From: Nemertoderma westbladi
Taxonomy: Eukaryota; Animalia; Xenacoelomorpha
Assembly: GCA_032718475.1 (NCBI GenBank)
Contig: JAUCBJ010001076.1
Coordinates: forward strand, 1-55,214
Direction of reading: 5' to 3'
DNA length: 55,214 nucleotides
Each line of letters starts with the position of its first letter. The stretch's first letter is position 1. The notes below the pieces were generated by a model that made no database searches, was not told the DNA's origin, and saw only the letters and a list, made by a program, of their open reading frames with translations. The position numbers were made by a program, and so were the translations under genes. This document shows, piece by piece, positions 23,472 through 33,000 of this stretch.

Positions 23472-25772
23472 TTAAGATCGATCAGTGTCTTTCCCGCTGT
23501 CCTCTTCTTGAGAAGCTTGGCTTTCGCCGTCGTCAGTGTAACACACCAGTGTTACTCTTCTCCTAGAAGCGGGTTTCTCACTTACCTTATTTTCCGATGT
23601 TTTCTCTCTGGACTGCTTGATGAGTTGTAGTTTTACTTCACCATCTAAGAAGGACATGAGATCAGCCATGGTAGGGCTTCGTCGTTGCTGTTCATTCATA
23701 TACAACACTTTCTTGTCCCAGCGTGTACATACTCCACCCTTTGGTAAAGTAGAGACTACTGCTCCAATAACCATGGAACTCTGATATTCATGAGACTTAC
23801 CTAACCAGTCCAATTGTCTACAGATCTCCTGAATCTCATCGGAAAACTCTATAATCCCGCTACTAAGGAAGTTTCGGGGGGCTACTAATTTTGCATACAA
23901 ATACTTAGCTATGTTATCCTTGTTACCATACCTGATGTTTAATGTATCCCAAACTTGTCTTAATCCTTCTGGATGTCCAATAAACTTTAACGCCATTAAC
24001 TTGGGAGGTCCTTCCAAGCACTTGATGAGGAACCTAAGTTTCTCTCCGTTAGATAGTACAGAGTTCTGTATGCTGTCTTTGTAATATTCATTGAAAGGTA
24101 ACCATTTCATCTCATCTCCATTGAATTTGACGATCTCTCCCACTTTGACCGCTTGGCGGGCTTCTGTTCTAGCCATTTGACGCGTAAAGCTTTCTTGGGC
24201 CATCGTGTTATTTAATATCGAATTATCGGTATATAAATTTCTCGGATCATTATCAGGTCTATAGGGAATATCATTAACAACAGGTTTATAATCACCCTTA
24301 ATAGGGTTTGCTATAGGAGTTTCTACTTCACTAGCAGTATAGATGCGTGTAGGCTTCACACCTTGCGCATGTAATACTTCAGACCTAACAGGTTGACACA
24401 ATGTTACAGGGGGTATTGGTATACCCTTTTGTATATTGACTAATTTGTCGCGTTCTAGCGCGATACTTTGCTGCACTTCTTGCAATTCGGCCCTACCTTC
24501 CCTTACTGTTCCCTTAAGGTGGTGGACAGTCTCCTGCATCTGTCCGAGCAGGAGATTCATCCCCCGCTGTCCCTCCTCTACCCACTCGACCGCCAAAGCG
24601 GGAGTCGCCAACATTGTAGCGGGCTGACGCGGGACGACGGGAGACAAATCTTTGATTTCTCTCTCAGCTTCCAGGACAGGGATATTCTCATGGACTGTTC
24701 TACCAGGTACAGGCAGTGTAGTACTGTGTAAAGGGAATTTAGAGTTAAGCTCTGGAAGTACAGGGGTCTCTAGCACAGGAGTGACTTTGGGAACGACAGG
24801 CCTAATTATTTCAGGCTCATCAACTATAGTAGGGAGTCTTTTGACCTTAATAATTTGGTCTGTAGGTTCTATACTACTTAAGTCTGTGCTAGCTAGTTGT
24901 CTTCTAACAGCTGGGGGCAAATCAGGCAATTTGTGACGGTGAGATGTTTTTCTACGCCTGCTTAGACGAGATCTATTTCCTCCGCCTTCAGGATCGGTGG
25001 TTTCGCTTTCCTCCGATGATGTGTATCCCTGGCGTTTGGGAGTAGATCTTCTCATCATCTGCATGTGACTAGCAGTTAACTGTTTATTTATGTTGTCTTG
25101 CGTCTCTTGAAGATTTTCCAACTCCAGTTGTGTGGTCTCTTCAGACGCTCTCTGTTCTGCGTCTGCCAATGCCATTGCTGCTGCTGCTTTGGCTGCTTCC
25201 ACTGCCGCTGCCGCTTTTGCTTCTGCTACTGCCTCTGCCGCTTTCGCCGATGCTACTGCCCTTGCCGCTTCCACTGCCGCTGCCGCTTTCGTCGCTGCTA
25301 CTGCCTTTCTGTCCTCTATCCGTTTTTTCTTTACTTGTTCTTCTTGGACTCTAGCGAGGCGGAGTTTTTCATCAAATTTAGCTTGGTTTGCAGCTAACAT
25401 TTCCTCATCGATTGAGTCCAACACAAGCTTGGCTCCTTCACTATTGGGGCGAAGTCCAGCCAGTCGTCTCCTCAATTCTTCGTCACCTAGGAAACGTTGA
25501 TAGTCTGACAGATAGATGTCTATGGCGTCTCTCGTTCGCGGTCTCTCTGCGGTCACTTCGCTTTCCTCTTGAGAAAAGGTGGCATCAGTTGATTCTTCAT
25601 AGGTTGGTCGCTCCGCCAGCTGGGATTTCCACTGGGCCGTTTCTTGTACTTTGAGACCTACCCGCTGGAACCAAGTCTTGACAGCAACCTGCAACGACAT
25701 GTCCTGTCTTCTTTTGGAAGTTTCCTCAAAGGCTGATAGGATTAGTCTAATGCGTAGGGTTTTTTCGCGCAC
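23472..25772 (-). CDS. BEL/Pao Gag (Ala-rich coiled coil and DUF1759-like capsid region)
   Basis: KFNGDEMKWLPFNEYY ... KLRFLIKCLEGPP ... WDTLNIRYG. Same frame as the downstream NC-PR-RT ORF, separated from it by TAA and TGA. Confidence 0.9.
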   Translation of the reverse strand: MREKTLRIRLILSAFEETSKRRQDMSLQVAVKTWFQRVGLKVQETAQWKSQLAERPTYEESTDATFSQEESEVTAERPRTRDAIDIYLSDYQRFLGDEELRRRLAGLRPNSEGAKLVLDSIDEEMLAANQAKFDEKLRLARVQEEQVKKKRIEDRKAVAATKAAAAVEAARAVASAKAAEAVAEAKAAAAVEAAKAAAAMALADAEQRASEETTQLELENLQETQDNINKQLTASHMQMMRRSTPKRQGYTSSEESETTDPEGGGNRSRLSRRRKTSHRHKLPDLPPAVRRQLASTDLSSIEPTDQIIKVKRLPTIVDEPEIIRPVVPKVTPVLETPVLPELNSKFPLHSTTLPVPGRTVHENIPVLEAEREIKDLSPVVPRQPATMLATPALAVEWVEEGQRGMNLLLGQMQETVHHLKGTVREGRAELQEVQQSIALERDKLVNIQKGIPIPPVTLCQPVRSEVLHAQGVKPTRIYTASEVETPIANPIKGDYKPVVNDIPYRPDNDPRNLYTDNSILNNTMAQESFTRQMARTEARQAVKVGEIVKFNGDEMKWLPFNEYYKDSIQNSVLSNGEKLRFLIKCLEGPPKLMALKFIGHPEGLRQVWDTLNIRYGNKDNIAKYLYAKLVAPRNFLSSGIIEFSDEIQEICRQLDWLGKSHEYQSSMVIGAVVSTLPKGGVCTRWDKKVLYMNEQQRRSPTMADLMSFLDGEVKLQLIKQSREKTSENKVSEKPASRRRVTLVCYTDDGESQASQEEDSGKDTDRS

Positions 25773-26484
25773 TTGATATAGCAGCTCTTCCTGCTCTTGA
25801 GGTCTTTGGGGTTGTCGAAACAGTTCTACCTTCTAATCGCTCCAAGGAGCCGAAGAATCCCTGCACATATCCTGCTGCCGACCTCTTCCAAACAGCTGGA
25901 TCCATCGTATCTTTAGCTACTCCCATCCTGTGTATATCTTCCCAAGTAGCTTCGGACAAATCTAACGGGAGTCCGGGTCCGGGAAAGTTCCATTGTGACT
26001 CGACAATAGACATCAATTCTTCCCTGGCGTATCCCGCATAACTATCTTGGGTCGCTCGCTTACTTCTCGCCCAATCGACTTGGTGTTCCTCCACCGCAAT
26101 CAATATTGTAGTTAGCACTGCGGCAGGAAGGGTGAGAAGGGGATCTGAGTAGGCTGTAGCCGCCATCTGCACTCCGCGTTCGGGGGTCAGCTCTACAGTA
26201 TCTGAACTACTGGAGCTATCGGATCGCTGGGAACAAGTTTCTTGACTAGGATGTTGCTGCTGTTGGACAGCTGCTTCCTGGTTCCGTTTGACTTGGGCCC
26301 GAGTGCCGATGATAGACCTACGGTGTTGGATTAGCTTAGGGTCTGATACTACTACTGGAGGGATGACCTTTCTTTCAGTAGGAGGTGAGCTGAACTCCTT
26401 TCTTAATCGCTCCACACTCCTATCTGTGTCACAGATGGTTGTATCGATTAGACTGTCTGACAGGGTTTGCTGGGTGTCAGACAT
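25747..26484 (-). CDS. Upstream ORF (245 aa), probably the Gag N-terminus separated by a +1 frameshift, or an extra ORF
   Basis: First long ATG ORF after a ~2-kb 5' UTR; overlaps the gag frame, which is open from 25832 (KVELFRQPQRPQEQEELLYQV). Confidence 0.65.
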   Translation of the reverse strand: MSDTQQTLSDSLIDTTICDTDRSVERLRKEFSSPPTERKVIPPVVVSDPKLIQHRRSIIGTRAQVKRNQEAAVQQQQHPSQETCSQRSDSSSSSDTVELTPERGVQMAATAYSDPLLTLPAAVLTTILIAVEEHQVDWARSKRATQDSYAGYAREELMSIVESQWNFPGPGLPLDLSEATWEDIHRMGVAKDTMDPAVWKRSAAGYVQGFFGSLERLEGRTVSTTPKTSRAGRAAISSARKNPTH

Positions 26485-28244
26485 GTTTAGTTACACAGTT
26501 GAATGCTTACTGCTATAGTTACAGTTAAAGCAAGTCTAGTAATTCAGTATGACCGTTGGCCTAGTACCGGTAATTTATTGCAGTATATTAGAATACCGGT
26601 ATACACTTATAGTATATATAAGTATTGTAAACTAGGTTTGTCACAGAGTACCGGTATATAATTTTAGCACAAATATATATAAATATATAATAGGCCTATC
26701 GTGAATACCGGTATGCAGCTTACACTTATAGTATATATAAGTATAATTATGAACTAGAATTAATTACAGAATACCGGTATGATTTCAGCCCAAATTTATA
26801 GAAATAAATATAATAAGCCTATGGTAAATACCGGTATGTCAATTATTTTAGAATAATTGAATTTCTGAATATTTTAGGGTTACTTGGTTACTTTAACTTA
26901 CTTTATTACCGTTATTTAAGCAGTAGTCCAACTGATATTGAGACCTAGTTGTTGTATGGTAGGCCTACTATTTATAAATCGTTTGAGTTGATTTATAATA
27001 TTTATATACCCGTTTAAAATGGGTTTTGTCAATATTTGAAATAAATGTTATTATTTCTGGGGAAGTCACTACATAGAAGCTGTGCGCTCTCAGTGAAGTG
27101 CTACTTATTGGACACTAAAACAGATAATTCTAATTTACCTAAGTTACTTAATACTACAAATTACTTACGATACGGGTGAGATTAAATCTCTAATTAAACA
27201 CAACAAAATATTACGTACGAAATTTTTAGGGTAATTTTACAGGAAGTCTACAAACCAGCCTAACAAAGGGTTAGAATTCTGGTTATTACAACGGACAGGG
27301 TACTACGGTATTTGAAAATAATAAGTAGTAGTAAATATATTGCACTTTCCAGATAGGAAAATTCCACCGCCTGACGACCTATAGCCGTATCGCTATAGGT
27401 ACTACGTTATGTATCACGGAGTGTTCCTACCTGGAAGTTAATTACCGCGGACTACCAGATCCAATGTGCCTATTAACCACTTTACAACACAATACACTGC
27501 CTACACACTAATTACTTTCGGAAAGCACTGTACACCAAACCCTAAATTAGGTACAAGTACTTATTAAGAACAGATAACTAGCAGTTAAATATACTTGAAC
27601 AGTTAAAAGAACCACGGCATCTGCTGGAGTGACCGGAGCACAAAGTCACCAGTCTTTACCTACGCCAAGCAGCCCGTGTAGTACCGGGGTTAATTTAACT
27701 ATAACGGTATGTGTAACAAGCACAATTACTGTAGGAATAAACTTGGGGACATGAATGTTGCGAATAATCGCATAAACTCTGAATAATAAATATTACGCTA
27801 CCCGTACAGAATACTCAAACAAAATACAAACCAAACGCTGGCAGACTACCACCAAGCCTAAATAAACTACAGTATGTGCAGATTCCGAAATGGTTAGTTA
27901 GTATGCGTTCTAACACTGTAGTACGACTTATTCTTTAAGAGGGGATTGACCTTACAGCTCTGGCTGCCCCAACTTACTAACTGGCACTTTATTGGACAAA
28001 CTCTACACACGCCGCAATCTCTCCAGACTCAACAACAGTCAGACAACAGTCCAGCCTACAATTATCTGAACAATCTGAGCAGACTTACACGTCTTCAGCT
28101 CAATATTAACTTACATGTAAATAAAACCGACAGAAATAAGTAAAATCTCAATAAAAAACCAGGGCGGCCGTTCCCTGATTAAGTACTAAGACCTACCGGT
28201 ATACAATAATCAAAATCGAATAATACTAATGTACTTATACTGGA

Positions 28245-28410
28245 AGTACCGGTTAGGACAGTTGGGCCTACAGACCTACAGCAGTACCGATTCTGGCAGT
28301 TGGGCTTACGGACCTACAGCAGTACCGGTTCAAGCAGTTGGGCCTACGGACCTACAGCAGTACCGATTCTGGCAGTTGGGCCTACGGACCTACAGCAGTA
28401 CCGGTTCAGG
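28245..28410. repeat. About four ~38-bp tandem repeats in the BEL 5' leader
   Basis: CAGTTGGGCCTACGGACCTACAGCAGTACCG repeated. Confidence 0.85.
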
Positions 28411-28472
28411 TTTACCGGTCGACCGGTACTTTCAACTTTATTGCTTACTGCAATAAAGACAATAACTGTTAT

Positions 28473-29716
28473 TGTACACGCTTTTGAAGACCTTTAGCAG
28501 TTTAACCTGCCAAAATTTATATGTCTTTTGGTTTATAAATAGACTTTAGAAATTGACAAATATTTAATACCAATAAACACAACATTAGCAGAAGCCAGCC
28601 TAGTGCGCGTCCATTCACCCGCTGGATATACCCGGGAGACTGGATTCTGAGGGCTTAGATTGTTATTGCAGTGTAAGCTTACTGTATTATTCGATTGATC
28701 GTTAATAAATAATTTCTGACTAATATTATTCACTTTCGGGAAATATTAACAGTTCCTTTAGGACGTGGCGCTCTATCTAGGTAAACAGAGATATGACTTA
28801 TACTAAACACAACGGTAAGTCGGGAAGGCTTATGATTCACGTATGAGGCGCATTCTTTAGGAAATGCTTAGTTATCAGTCACAATCATGCACACTACCGG
28901 TAACACACAATGCTGCACACTAATCTGCCGACTGTCAATGAATTTTATCATATATAAAGAGAACAGCAATTGACTCATGTAGTGCTTATCAAATAGCATT
29001 AAATTCACTACAAACCGCAATAATATAAGTCGCAATCGCTATATGTAACCTGTCTCTCTAACCTGTAGTGTATCAAGAAAATTGGGAAATTTGGGTTCTT
29101 TATAGATGTTCTCCAAATAATATTCAACCAACTGATACAAATAATAACAACAGTAAAAGCATTAAGACGGTAGGTTAAGATATGAAATGACAATGTATGT
29201 GCCGTATTGATCGGGTTGTTATGATTGATATGATAACAGTTATACGCTCTATAATCTAAGCCTACTAATGTTTCTTCTAAAGTCTGAAACGAATTGACTC
29301 TAGAGCCGGTGTTCCTGGCCTAGATAGAAACAACACAACAGTATCACAAAAAACTGCTACTGTCCCTAACACCGTTGCAGGTATCTTTTACACAGAGAGG
29401 AATAGCTCTCATTGGCAGAACACCAGATTCCACAAGTTCCACGAATATCTAAATGCCGAACTATCAGGAATTTTGCAACCCTTGGCCAACACACAAAATG
29501 AGTCACTCCGCTCGGTTGTCCTGGTTGCATACTCTGCTGCTATAGCTCTGGTTGGCCGATAGAACATAGTAAAGAGCCCCTCGTATAACAAATCAGCCAA
29601 TCAGCCGGTCGCTTTGCATCATTCGAGTTAGAGAGCTTTTTAGAGTATTCCAGCGCCTGGGGGGAAACTGGATTGCAAAGCAAAAGGGCCAGTTATATCC
29701 CACAAAAGCTTTTACA
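28473..29716 (-). repeat. 5' LTR (1244 bp)
   Basis: Reads TGTAAAAGC...CGTGTACA on the minus strand; direct repeat of 12586-13829. Confidence 0.97.
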
Positions 29717-29721
29717 TTTGT

Positions 29722-30461
29722 TGTTTACCATTTCCATGACAACCGGTGATAACACCAAGTCAGCTACCGATTCAGATTTGTTATCATATCAAAATGAATG
29801 GCCAGAAGCTAGGTCTTCCCAAAAATATAAGTTCCGGGTGGTTACCAAAAAGTATCCCCTATGCTGGCTGGCCCATGGACTATATAAATTGTGTTAAAAT
29901 TATATAAAACATTTAAATTGATATGAATGAATGAGTTTTTGCAGAATATGTTTCTAATTAGTTTGTTAATCCATTGGATCTTTGCATTTGATTGCCTTTA
30001 ATAATTCATTGAATCCATTCAATATTCCCTTACTGTACGTATCTGACGTCTCCACAAGTATATTCTATAAGTTTTTCAGATAATTTATCTTGATAGGCAT
30101 TGCACTCCTTGCACTATGCTCTTGCGTCATAAATTGTTCTAATTTTTAGCCCTAACTTTCTTTTAATCGCTTTGAGTTGACCTTTGTGCATTTCGCAACC
30201 CTTTTGATTTTCTTTTGAATTTTTTTAAAAAAATTCAAAAATACAATATTTTATTCAAAAATTTAATTTTTTTAATTATTATATTATTATTACAAGCTAT
30301 TTTAAATTTAAAAAATTACTACCTATATGTTCTAGAACAATAATTATTTAATTTTATTTTTGTTCTAGTATAGTGTATATTATATATTTTTTGTTCTAGA
30401 ACTCTTCACTGTTGCCATGGTAACAATGATTTATGTTATTAAAATGCAGTTCTATACGGAA
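29722..30461. repeat. Right outer arm of the inverted repeat, second part
   Basis: 29722-29885 is the reverse complement of about 8190-8350; 30290-30461 matches 7950-8130; unrelated AT-rich sequence lies between. Confidence 0.8.
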
Positions 30462-30538
30462 TTTTTACATTTTTATCAACAATCTATCTAAGAAGTATTT
30501 TTGTAGGTTAAATTATATAATTCTGTTATACTTTGGTG

Positions 30539-31921
30539 ATGGCGTCACGTCGTGTAATCACTTGGCGTAATTTTATAATCCTACTAGCATTTATTGCTGC
30601 ACCCCTATCATTATTATACCTATATCCAAATCAAACTTATGATACCATCTATTATATAATCTCCTATTCGCCCAAAGAATCAGCCAATGAAAACATCCCT
30701 CCGCCTAGAACAGCAACAACAGGACGGGAAGATGGAATTTTTTTACAATGGAATGACCTGGGATCTACACCAGCCAATGAAAAACCTTCTACATTTAGCA
30801 ATTCAGTACGCCCATCAACCAATGAGAAGAGTCCCACCCATGGGACAGCAAGTGCGGCAGCCAATGGTAGATTATATACACATATGACATCAACAGTTCC
30901 AAATTACAACCCTTTAAAAATTATTTTGGTTACTTTTATGCGCACTGGTTCCAGTTTCACTGGTGAAATTTTCAACCAAAACCCTAATATTTTCTACTTT
31001 TATGAACCTTTGAAATATGTGAATAATGCATTGCTTAGTCGTAAAGGTAACTGCAGTGTCTTTACTCAATTTAATGAGACTTGCGATTCCTTTTTCGATT
31101 ATCATAAAAATGGGATGTTACCTTGGGAATTTCCCGATGCAGTTAAAAGCGGATCCTTGGAGTATTTGTTGAACTGCAAATGGCCAAATTCCTTCAAAAT
31201 GTTTAACAAAGGTTGTGAAACAAAATTGATTATGGATGCGGGAATATGTGAGAATTCCGCAAACGGGCTTTTCGTTGGCAATGCTAACTATGATTTGGAT
31301 GGAGTTCGGGAAATGTGTTTAGAGAAGGACATTCGTGTGATCAAGACAACCCGAGTTATGGATTTAGGTCCGGCAGTACGCCGGCTTGTCTTGGAAGATA
31401 ATTTTAAGATTGTAGTTTTGTTTAGGGACCCGCGTGGCCAGGCGTCATCGATGGCTAAAATAATCGATTCATTAGCTAAAAGTAAGTTGGGTAAATATAC
31501 TGCAGAGGAAGTCACGGAACTAGTCTACTGCCCGTGGATGGCAAATATGGTGAATACGGTCCAGACAGACCCTGCAATTTCAAAGGCGACAGTCATTATT
31601 CGTTATGAGGACCTTGCCATCGACCCTATTGGTTTCTACGAAAGGCTTTATAGACGACTCTCTCTTCCAAAAGAAGAAGCGGTAGAAAAATTTGTGAAAA
31701 ATAACACTTTTTACGAGCAATATAATTACAGGATGTGGAGAGATGTTGTGGATCACAAGTCAGCGGAGGCGATAGCGATGGCTTGGCGGGGGGTGATGCC
31801 CAATGCTACTGCAGACAGTGTATACTCGAACTGCGGACAGTACGTAAATCTCGAGCAATTGGGTTACTACCCTGGTACTTCGGAATATCTGTTAGGCCCA
31901 CAGACTGTTAATCCTGTTTGA
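30539..31921 (+). CDS. Golgi carbohydrate sulfotransferase, Gal/GlcNAc 6-O-sulfotransferase (CHST1/2/3/4-like) family, single coding exon
   Basis: Short basic N-terminus, TM segment (FIILLAFIAAPLSLLYLY), Ser/Thr-rich stem, 5'-PSB TFMRTGSSFTGEIFNQNPNIFYFYEP, 3'-PB FRDPRGQASS, RYEDLA. A TTTTGTAG acceptor lies near 30507. Confidence 0.92.
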   Translation: MASRRVITWRNFIILLAFIAAPLSLLYLYPNQTYDTIYYIISYSPKESANENIPPPRTATTGREDGIFLQWNDLGSTPANEKPSTFSNSVRPSTNEKSPTHGTASAAANGRLYTHMTSTVPNYNPLKIILVTFMRTGSSFTGEIFNQNPNIFYFYEPLKYVNNALLSRKGNCSVFTQFNETCDSFFDYHKNGMLPWEFPDAVKSGSLEYLLNCKWPNSFKMFNKGCETKLIMDAGICENSANGLFVGNANYDLDGVREMCLEKDIRVIKTTRVMDLGPAVRRLVLEDNFKIVVLFRDPRGQASSMAKIIDSLAKSKLGKYTAEEVTELVYCPWMANMVNTVQTDPAISKATVIIRYEDLAIDPIGFYERLYRRLSLPKEEAVEKFVKNNTFYEQYNYRMWRDVVDHKSAEAIAMAWRGVMPNATADSVYSNCGQYVNLEQLGYYPGTSEYLLGPQTVNPV

Positions 31922-32299
31922 TGTTTTCTATTAGTGATATATTTATACTGCTCAGTTATATATAATCACAACATCATATTTAATTTAGTAGGGCTATAAA
32001 TAATATTTAACAGTTTATGTTACAGTTACCATTTTATGTTACAGTTACCAGTTTATGTACAGAGTTTATGTTCACTGAGCTGGCAGTCCGGCACCGTTCT
32101 GCCCTCAATATCTCATTAGAGAAATAGTTTTTTTCAGTCAAATCTCCATTATTAGATTTATAAATATGATATTAATCTACATACAGGTATTAAACTAGTA
32201 CATACAATAGAAACACAATACACCTCCAACCGACCACCAGCTGACGTATTTTACTTAGCTGGTAACATTGCAGTCATTAACTAACTGGTAACACTGCAG

Positions 32300-33000
32300 T
32301 CAACTGTCTCTAAATGTAACATCTCTTGCTTAATATATCCAACTGTCTCTATATGTAACATCTCTTGCTTAATATATCAACTGTCTCTAAATGTAACATC
32401 TCTTGCTTAATATATCCAACTGTCTCTATATGTAACATCTCTTGCTTAATATATCAACTGTCTCTAAATGTAACATCTCTTGCTTAATATATCAACTGTC
32501 TCTAAATGTAACATCTCTTGCTTAATATATCCCAACTGTCTCTAAATGTAACATCTCTTGCTTAATATATCCCAACTGTCTCTTAATGTAACATCTCTTG
32601 CTTAATATATCAACTGTCTCTAAATGTAACATCTCTTGCTTAATATATCCCAACTGTCTCTAAATGTAACATATCTTGCTTAATATATCCCAACTGTCTC
32701 TAAATGTAACATATCTTGCTTAATATATCCAACTGTCTCTAAATGTAACATCTCTTGCTTAATATATCAACTGTCTCTAAATATAACATCTCTTGCTTAA
32801 TATATCCCAACTGTCTCTAAATGTAACATCTCTTGCTTAATATATCCAACTGTCTCTAAATGTAACATCTCTTGCTTAATATATCCCAACTGTCTCTAAA
32901 TGTAACATCACTTGCTTAATATATCAACTGCCTCTAAATGTAACATCTGTTGCTTAATATATCAACTGTCTCTAAATTTAATATCTTTTGCTTAAAAATA
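32300..33000. repeat. 38-40 bp minisatellite, about 18 copies
   Basis: CAACTGTCTCTAAATGTAACATCTCTTGCTTAATATAT(C)n repeated head to tail. Confidence 0.95.

Larger units (their letters stand above)
12586..29716 (-). mobile_element. Full-length BEL/Pao LTR retrotransposon, 17131 bp
   Basis: Two 1244-bp TG...CA LTRs; TSD TTTGT at 12581-12585 and 29717-29721; empty site confirmed by the inverted copy near 8345-8365; domain order Gag-PR-RT-RH-IN with BEL signatures. Confidence 0.97.

Noticed and set aside
15978-23474. Alternative genetic code or stop reassignment explaining in-frame stops
   Set aside because: All three stop types occur, and the long host and element ORFs are otherwise stop-free under the standard code.
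25759-25765. A AAA AAC -1 slippery site joining the upstream ORF to gag
   Set aside because: The -1 frame reaches TAA within a few codons; gag is in the +1 frame.
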